From: Lingula anatina
Lineage: Eukaryota; Animalia; Brachiopoda
Length of the DNA: 64,000 nucleotides
Assembly: GCA_051362555.1 (NCBI GenBank)
Contig: CM120647.1
Coordinates: forward strand, 19,134,651-19,198,650
Direction of reading: 5' to 3'
This document shows, one piece after another, positions 1 to 13,033 of the stretch. Position numbers and translations under genes: made by a program. The first letter of the stretch is position 1; each line of letters starts with the position of its first letter. The notes beneath the pieces are model-generated. The model saw only the letters and a list, made by a program, of their open reading frames with translations, was not told the origin of the DNA and did no database searches.

Positions 1-876
1 GTTGGTTTTTCCCCTTCTTGCTCTATTCTACGGTTCGTTTCGCCTCATGATATAACTACTACTAATTATGGGAATGCACACCACAAATGGAACCAAAACG
101 TATATATTCATCAATTAAAGCGTAGCAAAATGATTGTTTGGGAAGTGCTACAAAGATGCTACATACAATATACCAAACTAGATGTATATCCAATTATTTG
201 TGTGAAGTCAATTCTGTTTCTTGAAAGAAAAAAAGTATTTTATATTTCCAAATTCATTTCATTTTGACTATTACGAAACAGAAATCAAAATGGAAGTTAT
301 TTATTTGCAAAATATGTTAACCCCTTAAATTAAAGAAAAATGCTCTGAAGTCGTGATTTTTTGTTACACAATCATCTTTAACTATTTCGACAGCTGAAAA
401 AAAGATGGATGTTAAAATATATCCTATCCACGATTTTCCCACGAATCTGAATTTTCCACGAAAAATAAGCAGTTTATTTTTATTCTCACAAGTCATTGGC
501 ACGGTTTATAGCATTCCTTATTGGCTTATTTAGTCCTAAATGACTGGCCATTACAGAAGAAAATATTGGAAATATTGACATCTGTTATCAAGAATTATAA
601 CCATCATACAATATATCGTAAACCCAATACCTCGGATAGTGACTGATTTGATCGTTTTTAATGTCTAAATTGAGAAAGATAAGTAGATTAACAGGACACG
701 TAGGCAAAAAATATGACTTTAGTACTTGGCAAATGCGGATAGTAGGTCTATACATTTCATTTATATAGAATTTTAAATTATATAACTGTGTTAACAAGGC
801 CGTATGCTGCAGGTGGGGGGGGGGGGGTAAAGATTTTAAAGTGCAAGCCGCTTTCTTTCTCCATGTCAATCTGAAG

Positions 877-913
<37 letters not shown>

Positions 914-1459
914 TTATATATATATTTTTTTGCATTTGCATTTGCATACCAGTCAGCGTCCAAATGAGGAGTTCCATTCGAGGCCTTTAATAATTGCTCT
1001 CCTCGCCACCTCTCCAATTATTTTTCTCAGTCTACGGAATTGATTAAGTTAGACATAAATGAAGCAGCCTCAGCATCATTACGGGCTGCGAAAGTTTTGA
1101 AGTCTGCAGAGGTGAAAGCTCCGGTTTAAAGAATACACACCTGGACTTTACCCTCTCCGTTGTCGATTTCAGTAAGTGGAGTGGAAGGGTTCCAGGATGG
1201 TTGTTGAACAAATATGTGTAAAAATAAATAAATAAATAATAATAATAATAATAATGTTTATTGAGCACTAAAAGTGTACATGGCTTGACATCTGCTGGCT
1301 CACTTATCTATACGTAGAGTAGTATGCTGGTATATACGTGTATAAAATAAGTATAATAATAAATATCATTACATGACAAATAAATACCAATGAGCATGTC
1401 TTATATAATTGTTGCCTTACTTAATACAATGACAGAGTAAAAAAAAGAGCTTAAAAAAA

Positions 1460-1460
<1 letters not shown>

Positions 1461-1522
<62 letters not shown>
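1461..1522. repeat. (TA)n microsatellite
   Basis: Directly visible. Similar tracts lie at 23403-23559, 25219-25361 and 36371-36433. Confidence 0.95.
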
Positions 1523-1524
<2 letters not shown>

Positions 1525-2179
1525 TAACACAGAAAAGCAAACAACAAGTAACACAATAAGTATATATACCTGTATGAATGGAGAACTGACTCAAAAGAAT
1601 AACTACTATAGCTAGATGTAGTGAAGAGAGCAATTTACGTTGGAAGTAAATAAAAAATGATTGAATAACGAAAGAAAAAAAAGCTAAGTCAGCATGCCTT
1701 CACGTTTGTGCCACTCGCGTGTGACCCTGTCACGTGGATGTGCTACCGGCATCCTTGCTCGCCTAGCTGTTTACGGTTTCTGCGACAGTGCCTTTTCATT
1801 AAGAACAGAAAAAACGAATTAGGCCATTTTGCGTGATGCTTCCCAATTTTGATCAATGCATAATTCCTATAGTTTGTCGAAGTAACCGCAAAATTACTGC
1901 ACAATCTGAGACGTTCTTGCTGTAATTTGAGGGGATGTGTAAAGCGTAGAACGCAAGATTTGCGTATGTTCAACATGCATATAAATACTGAAACCACACT
2001 TCGGTACAAAGGAACGGCAAAGGACTAGAATCTACTCATTTATTTTTATTTTAAATTTAGTGGGCTTCCACAAAGGACAATTACGGTTTTTAACCTCAGA
2101 TGAACCAACGTGTCATCGTTTTTCTCCCATCATACATGAAAGTGACAAAGGAATATCGATAAGTAGCTTAAAGCGTATG

Positions 2180-2320
2180 TATAAAAGGCGCAGACATAAC
2201 GTTGCATTTAACACTTTGATTTGAACTAGCTGAGAGTTTCTGAACGTCATTTCGGCTGACATATAAGCAAGCACATCCACGGAGTCCATTGACAAGGAAA
2301 CGGAGGCGAATTGTTGGCGG
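2180..2320 (+). promoter_or_regulatory. Putative TATA box and non-coding first exon of the Ras-like gene
   Basis: TATAAAAG at 2180-2187; strong donor CGG|GTAAGT at 2320/2321; pyrimidine-rich acceptor TTTTCTTTAAG| ending at 3588, just upstream of the ATG at 3645. The linkage is inferred without transcript data. Confidence 0.4.
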
Positions 2321-3281
2321 GTAAGTGTAATCCATTCGAGAACCTATCACACTTGTTTATTGGTGTTATACCAGAGTTGATATGCCCTACTAAGTAAGCG
2401 CATACACTTAAAATTTCCCTTTGACTTAGTGTTTTTGACGGGGGCAAACCAGGCAGAGGCATGGACACAAGTGCTTGTTAACTTACGCCAATTATATATA
2501 TATTTATTTATTTATTTATTTGTTTGTTTGTTTGTTTGTTTGTTTTGATAGGCTTCAGGCAAACCTACATTTTTATGTGTAAGACAAAGGTCAATCAGAG
2601 CAAAAATATGAAAAGCACGGCGAGAGGATATTTCTTGCAGCTGGTCCAATGTTGTTCGTGATTAGAAACAATGCTTGCGAGCTTCTTTCTTTCCGGCAGG
2701 GGTGTGTTTCACAAAGTGTCTACCGCCCAAACCAGTTCAAACTTTTTGATCAACATGTTAGCCAACTTTGATTCAAGAATAATCAGTAGTATTTTAATTC
2801 ATTGAAATGCGGTGCTTGCTTTATAGGTCTATGAAACGCATGGTTTTTGTTTCAGACTAATAAATGCATTTTAAAGTTAAGTGCCGTGGATATATCTTGA
2901 ACTGTGGCAGAACTAAATTATGGACTTAAGTCCCAGGGACGTGTTTTATACTTAGTGTGATTTGATCGGGCTAAGCCTGCAGGAATCAGTCAGCTGCCGG
3001 TATAAACAAAGTAGACTTTGCAGTGCTAGTCTGGAAGCTTGTAATTGTAAGAAATTATTATCCTACAATAAATGTATTTGGCATACTCGTAAATGGACTA
3101 ATTTCACCACTGAGAGTGAAAGCATTATGCAAGCAAAACACAAGATATTCAAGGGGCTAAGTTTAAGGCAAAATAGATAAATATAAAAGTTAAGCAGCGT
3201 TTTAGTTCTTTGTACAACACAAATTTGTCGTCTAAGTTTTAATAGGCTAAGATGTTTACCCTAATTTTTTTGTCTTATTTT

Positions 3282-3324
<43 letters not shown>

Positions 3325-3644
3325 TTATTATTATTTTTTTTTTTTTGGGGGGGGGGGTGTTGTTTAAAGGCCCAAGCTCTACCATGTGTAATTGATATAT
3401 TTTAATCTTATTTCGTATCTGTTAGTATCATATGTGTAAGAGTGACATTATACAACAATTACAGCTTGTGCTGTAGCACATTAATATAAATATTCCTGTG
3501 ATAGGCCTACAAAGTTCTTGAAAAATATACAGGTTAACACTCTGCCAAATTGCATTTAATAAGGAGAGCTCTCTTCTTTTTCTTTAAGGGCAAAGAAAGG
3601 ACGCACTTTTTTTTATTTATGTGACATCATATCAACTTAACAGC

Positions 3645-4262
3645 ATGCCACAAAGCCAGATTTTCCACCGGCTGTCCTCAAAAAGGACATGGGAAGGGAC
3701 GAAACCTCGGTCTCAGTGTCACCGAGGACAGCATGACAAACAACACTTCAATGTCGTATTCCTAGGGGCGGCCAAAGTCGGAAAGAGCAGCATCGTGTCA
3801 CGTCTGCGAGGCGGACCACTGAGCGAAGTATATGTTCCAACAGTAGAAGACTGCCATCGCCTCGTGTACCTCAACCACGGCGAGGAAATGGTAATAGATG
3901 TCATCGATACTGCTGGATATTACTCTTTTCCCGCCATGAAGAAGCTGAACATAAGCAATGGCGACGCCTTCGTATTAGTGTATTCAGTGGACGATAATTC
4001 TAGTTTTGAGGAAGTAAGGAAGCTCCGTCAGGTTATTCTGGACGCAAAGAATGCGTCGAATGTGCCGATTGTGATAGTAGGGAACAAGTCGGATTTGGCG
4101 GGAAAGGACGCAGTAATAGGCCTATCGCGCAAGATTTCTGAGTTGACGGCGAGTGTTGACTGGGGGAATATTCATCTCAAGGCCAGCGCCAAACAAAACA
4201 GTAACATTTCTCAGATTATTATGGAGCTATTAACCCTGTGTAATGCACAGAAAATTACCTGA
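3645..4262 (+). CDS. Ras-family small GTPase, Di-Ras/Rhes(RASD)-like, single coding exon (~205 aa)
   Basis: G1 GAAKVGKS, G2 YVPTVED, G3 DTAG followed by YYSFPAMKKLNISNGDAFVLVYS (the FPAM..L.I..GD.F.LV.S pattern of DIRAS/RASD proteins), G4 NKSD, G5 ASAK. First in-frame ATG at 3645 (the ORF track starts at GTG 3621). AATAAA at 4621. Confidence 0.9.
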   Translation: MPQSQIFHRLSSKRTWEGTKPRSQCHRGQHDKQHFNVVFLGAAKVGKSSIVSRLRGGPLSEVYVPTVEDCHRLVYLNHGEEMVIDVIDTAGYYSFPAMKKLNISNGDAFVLVYSVDDNSSFEEVRKLRQVILDAKNASNVPIVIVGNKSDLAGKDAVIGLSRKISELTASVDWGNIHLKASAKQNSNISQIIMELLTLCNAQKIT

Positions 4263-5488
4263 TATTACAGAGCACGGAGTCGTGCAAAACAAGAATAGTA
4301 CGATCCAATTAAGGAAGGCATATCCAGATAAATGGGCCAGTCAGAATTAATTGGCTAGCTTTGGCGCATATATATATATTATTAAAAAAAAAAAAAAACT
4401 AGCACACTGGTGTTTATAAGAAGATTGCTTGTTATTATTGGTGACCTAATTTTCACGCTGAGTGGCAAAGTTTTGATTGATAATGACAGAAATTTTTATT
4501 CTACAGCCAAAACCTGCTGCCAATTTTCGGCATTGAACAGAAATTTGATCTACAAATAATGTTTAAATGTACTACATTTGTATTATTTATCTATTATTAT
4601 AGGTGTATGGGTGACACGTAAATAAAATATCTTAAATCTTGAATTTTGGTATACTATTGTCATAATTGCGGTACTGGTACGCGTACGCTATTTTTAGACT
4701 GAAACGTCCTGGACTTGAGCATTGGTGGTCAGAAAAATGTTCGTCACAGTGGAATAACTGAAACTCAAATAAGAAAAAGGGCATTGTTTTGGCAAATATC
4801 CAGGCCCCTGTTTGACACAAACGTTGAGAGGTGGTTGTATGTGTGAGTTTTTTTGTTTTTTTTTTTTTTTTTTTGGGGGGGGGGGAGGGGGACTTTTGAC
4901 GGCATATAAACACTTATAATTTCAAATTTTAATTTGGGCAACAGTAACCAGTGTAATGAACCTTTTATGCATATGATATCCATGTCCTAAGCTTCTATAA
5001 ATTTAGCAAAGCTCAATCCAAGCATGAACTCAAAATAGGCTATTATGTCGTCATGTTACATGTACTTAGCACAAAACGCAATCCAAAATTAGATTCCATG
5101 ATTCGTGTCGGACTTACGCCAAGTCAAACAAGGAAAACCCACCTACCCATTATGACCAGTGACACGTGTTTCTCCCAGACGTTCGGTAACTACACGTGCA
5201 GAGTGATGGGGAGCCTCCAACCCTTGAATTCTCCGTCTCGCGGATATCGCCTCCGTCTTTTGACTCTCCAAAAACTGATCTCCCTGATATATATATAGGC
5301 CTATATATATATATTTTACACATTCTTATCTTTAGATGGATGTCATGCTGTTGTGCAAAATCTCTTAGCTGAACCGACCTGAGAAATGACACAGAACCTT
5401 AAACACATTTTATTTCTGATTTTGACTATACTGGCCAAAAGGATGGTCCTTTGAACTCCCGGGAGCTCCCCCCCCCCCCCCCCCCCCA

Positions 5489-5521
<33 letters not shown>

Positions 5522-6770
5522 GGCTGCGGTCCTGCCCCTTCTAAGTGCACTGCCAAGCAATGAATGCCCCACTCACTCCATTTTCATTTATTTATTTATT
5601 TGTTTAATATGACTAGAATGTTGCGAAGGGAATCAAAGGGTTCTGCTTGGACATCACACAATTACAAATCGCCTTTAAGATATTGAAGCCTTTTTACAAA
5701 CATGCTTGACAAAGTATACAACTTCGCGTCCTTTGTTTGATAATATTGTGCTTTTACTGATATATCAAATTTGTATAAAACGTGATAAAAACAACCTCTA
5801 TTGATAAGTTTATTTTCTTTCGTGCGGATGGATGTCAATTGCGTGAAGTAAGTTAAAGAGATAACAACAGTTCATTTTGACCAAAAAATGTTTATTCTTG
5901 GGGTAAACGACGATTTTCCCATAGTTACCAATTGTGAATAATTCCGTTCCAACATTTAAAGTTATTCCTTTTTTAAAGAGATTATTACAGTGGTTAGCAA
6001 TCTAAGAAGGTCATGTGGTCTGATGGCAAGCACAGATTTCAGAATAATTGCCATAACCACCGTTTTGGTGGTAAGATAGAATTAATCATATTTTTATGAG
6101 TTGTTTACAATGCATTTATTGTTAAATATGGATCGCGTGATATAATTTAAGTGTTCTTATCCCTTTAATCACTGAAAACAAGGGTTGGGTCCACTCCTGA
6201 TTAATAAAATGTACTTTGAACTACAATTAGGTCGACGTCAACATGTACATCTCACGTGCCACAACGGCGTGAGTGGCTGTCAAACTGTTTATTACAAAGT
6301 TAATGTCAAATTTCTGTGCATTTCACAAAACTCCACACATCTCGACTTCACAACGTGCACCACTGAAATCTCGACACTAAAATACCATTACCGCGTGTCT
6401 GAATAATATTTCTGGTTTATATTATTTTTGAATATGCACTTTTCCCAATTATTTAAGCTTAAACTGAAGATGTTTCCATTTTATCCTACGTTTAAGTATA
6501 TGGGTTCTACAGCCTACTAGTTAAAATACATGTGTATATAGAGATAGACATCATTTATCATTATCCGCTTAAGGTTACATTGTTATCTGAATGATATGTT
6601 TATAATATTTAATTGAAACTCCGATTATATAACATCGCGTATCTGTATATCTTAGTGTCTTGAATATACAAAAATGAGAGAGAGAGGAATAAATACATAA
6701 CGGTAAAAAAGGGAAAGATGAATTCTAGAAACCACTCATGGGTTATTGAATTGCAGAACTATTTCCCGAA

Positions 6771-8409
6771 TTAAAGATTAACAACAAAGATAGACAGCAA
6801 TGGTATATATTGTGCAGAAATGAGAAAAGCCTGTGACTGCATACTGGGAGAGGTCTCATCTGTTGTCATGGTGACCCCCTTTTGATCGATAGGGGGCACC
6901 AAAGGGGTACCAACGCTGTTTCCCTCCGAGTCACAGGCGGATGGATCTTCTGGTTTCTCGTGGCTCACCGTGACATTGACTCTCCCCACCACGATGTCTC
7001 TCCCTCCCAAACGCTGCCTCGCTTTCATTTCAAAGCACCTAGCCCGCCTGAGACCAACCTCATAGTTCGGGATGACAGAGTTAAAGCTCACACCGCCCTT
7101 GTACAGGAGTTTTTCCTTGCTGTCGGTGCCGTTGTTGGCGTCGGGGACCTGGGCAACAGGAGAAAAATGTCTAAGTGAACACTCATATTTTTCTTTTAAG
7201 ACGTACGTCTTCGAGACAGTTCATCATACTACTGTTATCGTACATAATTGATTTTTGCAATACACACAAATTATGTTAAAATAAATGAATAAGATGAAAA
7301 ACATTTATTTATTGTGTGGCAAAAAAAAGTTTTGCTTCAATTTGTAATTGAAGTGTGACGTTCAATGAAAAACCTGATATGAAAAGTAAGCCCAGAGTTG
7401 GGAAATGGACATTACCTAAAAAGGGCAAATTTAAAGTAAATATCCAAGAGAGTCAGAGCGACCAGCTTAACTATAAATGACACACATAGGTTACCTACTT
7501 AGAAACTCACACAAACACGCGTTCACATGAACGCATACTCGTACATACGCACACTTAGTGGGAATACTGAGTATACTTTGTACACTTATATAAACACATG
7601 GAGACACAGCCATGTGTACACGCACAAGCACACGCACACACACACACACTTACACATTCACTGAGAGAAACTTACCAGAAGCTGACATTCATACTCGAAC
7701 CTGGCATCCGTGAGTTTGACAACGATGTTTAAAATCTCTTGGTGAAGAAAGTAACATAATGGCATATCATGGTTGCTCTCTATGGAAATCTCCAGAGACC
7801 ATGGAAAATAGATGGTGCTGAAGTTTGAGAGGAGTGGGTGACAATTCTGGTGGTGATCTTTCAAACCATATCCCGGGGGACACACGATTCCACTTGCAAG
7901 GGGCTGAAATAGGAATATCAAAGAAACAGCACAACCGGTACCAAAACGGGAATCATACGAGGTAGTCTGAAGTTTCGCAAAAAAATAAAATAAAATAAAA
8001 TAAAATAAAATAAATAAAAACAAAAATTAAAAAAATTAAAAATAAAAAAACTCAAAATTTAGCGAGACCTAACCGGATTTGGAGGAGAATTGGATCAAAG
8101 ACATTGACAGACAAGCGAGTGCCGAGAGGCAATTCATACAAACTAACAGACTTTATCCGCACCAGCGGGAATTCACCAGGATCTTGCTTGTTGTTGATGA
8201 TTGTTTTGGTTGAGACCGTGATCTCTGACATTGTGCCATGACGCATTGGTAGTAATGGTTCTAATGTAGAGTAAAGCTTAGTGTTATGAACTGTTGGGCA
8301 TACTGTTGTTGTTCCTTATACTGTGTCGCGCTATCTGGTTCATATGAAACTAGGACCAAGATCAACACTTGACATTTTTTATTGTTTTCTAAGAGAGAGA
8401 GTGGGAGTG

Positions 8410-8449
<40 letters not shown>

Positions 8450-11400
8450 TGGGGGGGAGAGAGAGACTCACCAATCCGCCGATCGGTGTCTTTGGTTCCG
8501 CCAGCGTGAGAATTGCAGCAAAAGTAATCGAGTCAAATTGATTTGACACGCCTCTCGTTTCTGTTAAAAAAATCATTTAATATCTTAGCACTGCCACAGA
8601 AAATTCTTTGATTCTGTCTTGTTTTGCCAATTTTTATCTTCAGGTAGAAAGGTATATGGTAAGGGAAGTTGGGAGCAGGGATCCGCTGTTCCTTCCACTG
8701 AAGCCGCCTTTACCAGTGTATAATGTCAAATATGAAAACATTTTACATGTATTTCTATATCGGAACACTCACATTATTGATGCTTTTAAATAACAAAGGA
8801 TGTACTGTTCGCACTGAAATTGAAGGGAAAAAGATTCCTGAAGCCGATATCGCGATAGCTAACAGGAAAGTTAAAAAGTCCGTAGCTAGTCGAAAAGGCG
8901 TGTTAATTTGTTAATCTGATTGCATTCAGCGAGAACCCCTGTGGAGTCAGTGCACATTAACTAGGTCAACGTTACTCTTTCCAAGAAGTTATAAAGAGAA
9001 GGAGTAGAAACAAGGGGTTTCCTTTCATCCTATCCTCGTTACGGGCTTAACCCTAATAATTACCCAGCTTGTGGTCTTAGGGAGAGCTTTTGCCTAATAC
9101 ATATTCAAAAGACCGTTCACGTGGGTTGCTTCAGCCAATTGGGATAAAGCCTCGCGAAGTCTCTAATAATCTCACAGAGAAAACATGGTGGGATTACAGA
9201 AAGGTGTAGAGAGAGATTTCAAGCCTGGACGCAACCATTTTGGGAAATAAAACTCAAATCATGCGAGATACACCTTCATTTGATCTAGAGCCGATCAGTT
9301 ATACAAAAATTAGTTTCACATCAAGAATGTATGAGAATAATTTCACAAACCCACCTTCAACGCTAAAATTTGCACCTGTAGAAATCTCATATTTATTTTA
9401 AATTCTTTTTGTCGTGTAAAGGCGTGTAAAGGAAATTTACCTTCATCTAGGAATGACACATTCATACAGAGCCATGTACACAAAACAGTAGTACTTGCAA
9501 TTTCCGTATGCCAGCCTCGTTTCTTTCTTTTTTTGGCACATTATTGCTTATATACCAGGTAGAGCTTAAACAGGAAAATTGGGGAATTGAAAATAAGTTA
9601 TTGCACTTAATATGATTCTAAATAAAATTTCATAATACATATTTTTGTTTACATCTTTGTCTATTACATGAGGCCAACTAATAGTAGACTGATAGTTTAA
9701 ATTCATTAGAAGAAAAAATCAAAGAAATATTTTTATTGATTGATATTGCTTTATTTCAACATTCGAGCAACTTGTATAATATCTAAAACAAAGTACCAGC
9801 AATGAAAATATATCAATATTGTTACACCCAACAGTGATTAAAGCAGTACAAAAATGGTTAGTTTTTATTTTGATGTGGTGATTATTTTATTTTATACTTT
9901 AGACAATTAGCCAGTGAACACTAAATTCCCTTTTAAAACTTGGACCACTAAATTCCCTTTTAAAACTTGCACCTCTTGTGCACTATAGTTTAATATTAGT
10001 GCCTCATCAAGTTGCTGCTGGAAACAATCATTTTGACTGCTCAATTATGGCTACATGTACATCTGCCAGCAAAACTAAAGATCTTTCACCTGCATTCTCT
10101 TCAACCTGAAATGAGTAAGTGCGGAATTCATTACAAAATACAATAAAAAATTGAAAAAAATTCCGAGAGTTCCCTGTCATCAAATTTTGGACCCACCATT
10201 TTGAAAAAGTCCCATGAAAAGTTGTTTATTTGAAACGTTGTTTTTCATCTAAAGGATTGATTCATTTAATATCACAATGTTATATTGTAATGGTGCACGT
10301 GCTTAACTAACCAGAAAAACATAAATTATGTGCTTACACCACGTTAAAATTACCAAAAATTGTCCCAAACTGTCACCCAACTGTCTCTAACCAATTAAGG
10401 GACCCGCCATTTTGAAAAAGTCCGATGAAAAGTTGTCTATTTGAAACGATGTTTTTCATCTAAAGGATTGATTCATTTAATACCAAAGTGATGTATTGTA
10501 AGGATGCATGTGCCTAACTAACCATAAAAACATAAATTATGTGCTTACACCACTTTAAAATTACCAAAAATTGTCCCAAACTGTCACCCAACTGTCTCTT
10601 ACCAATTAAGGAACCCGCCATTTTGAAAAAGTCCGATGAAAAGTTGTCTATTTGAAACGATGTTTTTCATCTAAAGGATTGATTCATTTAATACCAGAGT
10701 GATGTATTGTAATGGTGCACGTGCTTAACTAACCATAAAAACATAAATTATATGCATACATCACGTTAAAATTACCAAAAATTGTCCCAAACTGTCACCC
10801 AACTGTCTCTTACCAATTAAGGGACCCGCCGTTTTGAAAAAGTCCAATGAAAAGTTGTCTATTTGAAACGATGTTTTTCATTTAAAGGATTGATTCATTT
10901 AATATCAAAGTGATGTATTGTAATGATGCATGTGCTAAACTAACCAGAAAAACATAAATTATGTGCATACATCACGCACTTAAGAAGAAAAAAGTCCTAA
11001 ACATGGAGGTCCCGCTGAATCGGCCTCAGATCTTCGAGCTAACGCTGCTTTCTGCACAGACAAATTTGACTGACAGCACCGTAATACGCATGAACATAAA
11101 GCAGATTATCAACTCTCACTCACCTTTATATCGCTCGACTTGGCGTTTTTCTAAGTATAACTTCCAAATATTCGCATTAAACATGAATAAATCAAGACGT
11201 ATACGCACTGGTTCAGCTTCTCCGTCTTGAGTCACGCGGAGGCGAGCAGAGGGTATTAGACCAGTTACGAGGATTGAATTTCAAAGGACGCCGCTTTGAA
11301 AAGAATGCTGCAATCTGATTGGACGAGAGAGATAATTGATGTCCCGTTTCTACTCCTTCTCATTATAACTTCTTGCTCTTTCTGAAAGGTCCTAATGCCA

Positions 11401-12975
11401 CCGTCACAGTTTCACCAAGTTACAGAGAATGACAGTTTTACCAGTTAGGAAATAAAGGAAAGTTAACTGGTTCCCAAAATGCGATGTCAGTACTGTTTTA
11501 TTTGAGTCATATTCACTACAAATTTACTTACTGGTCGTTTTGGATAACAAAAATCGTTCAAAAATACATTTTAAAAGTGCCAAACTTGAGATACCCCCCT
11601 CCTCTCCCAGGAAAAAAGGATCTTGTTCCACATCTTTTCTGCCACTGCTGTACCTCTATGAGCACAATCGGTGCTTTTATGAATAAAATAATTTTTCTTT
11701 ATGTTGAACAGTTTAGGTATAACCCGTCAATGAAAATTTCGACAAAAAAGTACAGCATTTACCAGTACGTCAACTCTTGCTTTCAGAATGTTTAACTTCG
11801 AATACAAATGCATAATCGATTGATCTGAACTTACCAAAACAACTGGTGTCTGTGGAATAGCGTTTCCCGCGGTAACACATGAGACAGTGAAGATTCTTGT
11901 AGAACTGGTTTTCTTCTTCAATGACATTTGTGAACGCTTTACAAGCGTCCAGCAAGGCTGACTGAGTACTGTCGTTAAGGTACCTGGCCAGTTGCACATT
12001 GCCATCTTCCACACCATACGTGCACGGCCGGTACGCGGAATCGGGAATGTCCGGGAAGCAAAGTCGCTTATGAGACGAAGAATATGGCGTAAACCGAGCG
12101 AAACAATCTCGGTCATTTCTTATGTCACTGATTGCTTTAAACAAACAATCTGTCGAATTGCAGGCCAGGAAATCGTCACCATTTGAATACCGGCACCCAA
12201 TAGTTAGTTCATAAGGGACGACATCGTTGACGCCATGACACGCAGCGCAGTATTTATTTTTGAAAGTTGCATTTTGCATCTCGTCAAACACGGGCTGCGA
12301 AATTTCTAGTTCCTCTTGAACGGTTGTCACATTGAAGTCCCCGCTACATTTCAGTCTGTTGATGTCATCGAAGGGCCATGTTTCAGGACATCTGTCCACC
12401 ATCCACATAAATGCATCCCTAAGTATGTAGGTCTGGAATCTAATCTTCAAAACAGCACTAAGGTAAGGAGTTCTTAAGCAGGAAGAATAACGCTTGACCC
12501 CCAGCTGGCCCTCATTCACGGGCAACCTTGATCCATCAACAAAGTCCGTCGTCGGGGATTCCTTCGGGCTGCTTGTGACGGTGGTGACATGAACAGCGTC
12601 GCCATTATTTAACGGCATTTCTGCTTCTCTTTGGAAATTGCCGGTTGTGTCAGGGTCTGGACAAGCGACATTTTCGTCACAACAATCATTGTAGATGGGG
12701 CACATGTGATCACAGCGGCAACGAATCTTAAAACTGCTAAGTCTGACAAATGGTTCTCTTCCTGGACGGTGCAAATTGTGCTCCGCACATAACCACGTAT
12801 TGCTGGGAAGGAGAGAGGGAGACGAAACCGTTGTCTCCGCTGGGAAAGCTGCACACTGTTCGGTGATGGCACCTACTGGTGTGTTGGCATGCAGGGCAGA
12901 CGAGACAGAGAAACTTATAAAGATGGTAACCAATTCAAGGGCTAAAAAAGCCCCCACGACTCTTCTGCAACACAT
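6771..12975 (-). CDS. Paralog 1: secreted/GPI-anchored SMB-like, Cys-rich protein (~611 aa); exons 12975-11835, 8560-8472, 7903-7676, 7148-6771
   Basis: Signal peptide (MCCRRVVGAFLALELVTIF...); SMB-like CRCDHMCPIYNDCC; PVFD..TFKNKYCAACHG and FYKNLHCLMC modules. Donors G|GTAAGT, TTG|GTGAGT and CTG|GTAAGT, all acceptors CAG. Exon lengths 1141+89+228+378=1836 nt give an uninterrupted frame ending in a hydrophobic tail (AFLISAQYIPLLSIFVVNL*). The same exon layout occurs in 3 paralogs. Confidence 0.85.
8982..11375. mobile_element. Non-autonomous DNA transposon, P-element-like (CA...TG ends, 7-bp TSD), in intron 1 of paralog 1
   Basis: ~30-bp TIR CAAGAAGTTATAA(A/T)GAGAAGGAGTAGAAAC with one mismatch. 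CTCTTTC is duplicated directly on both sides (8975-8981 and 11376-11382). No intact transposase seen. Confidence 0.7.
10189..10976. repeat. 211-bp tandem repeat, ~3.7 copies, inside the P-like element
   Basis: ACCC(G/A)CC(A/G)TTTTGAAAAAGTCC recurs at 10191, 10402, 10613 and 10824, an exact 211-bp period. Confidence 0.95.
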
Positions 12976-13027
12976 ATTTCAGCACTCCATGAAGTGTACA
13001 GTGCGCCCACACTTGCATCACATTCAA

Positions 13028-13033
13028 TTTATA
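13028..13033 (-). promoter_or_regulatory. TATA box of paralog 1
   Basis: TATAAA on the - strand ~55 nt upstream of ATG 12975; an equivalent box lies upstream of all four paralogs. Confidence 0.5.

Noticed and set aside
588-1633. ORFs with poly-I, poly-N, poly-Y and YI runs
   Set aside because: They are translations of (ATT)n and (TA)n microsatellites. The same applies to 23221-23571, 25165-25377, 26664-26999 and 52052-52272.
6882-7178. + strand ORFs conserved among paralogs (6882-7178, 17510-17866, 27449-27859, 21193-21618, 38553-38876)
   Set aside because: They are antisense shadows of the real - strand exons.
8052-8246. Intronic ORF in paralog 1 containing NVFDPILLQIR, reminiscent of the FDP..CR motif of related GPCR ectodomains
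   Set aside because: It has no cysteines, no convincing splice sites and no counterpart in the other three paralogs; exons 2 and 3 already join in frame.
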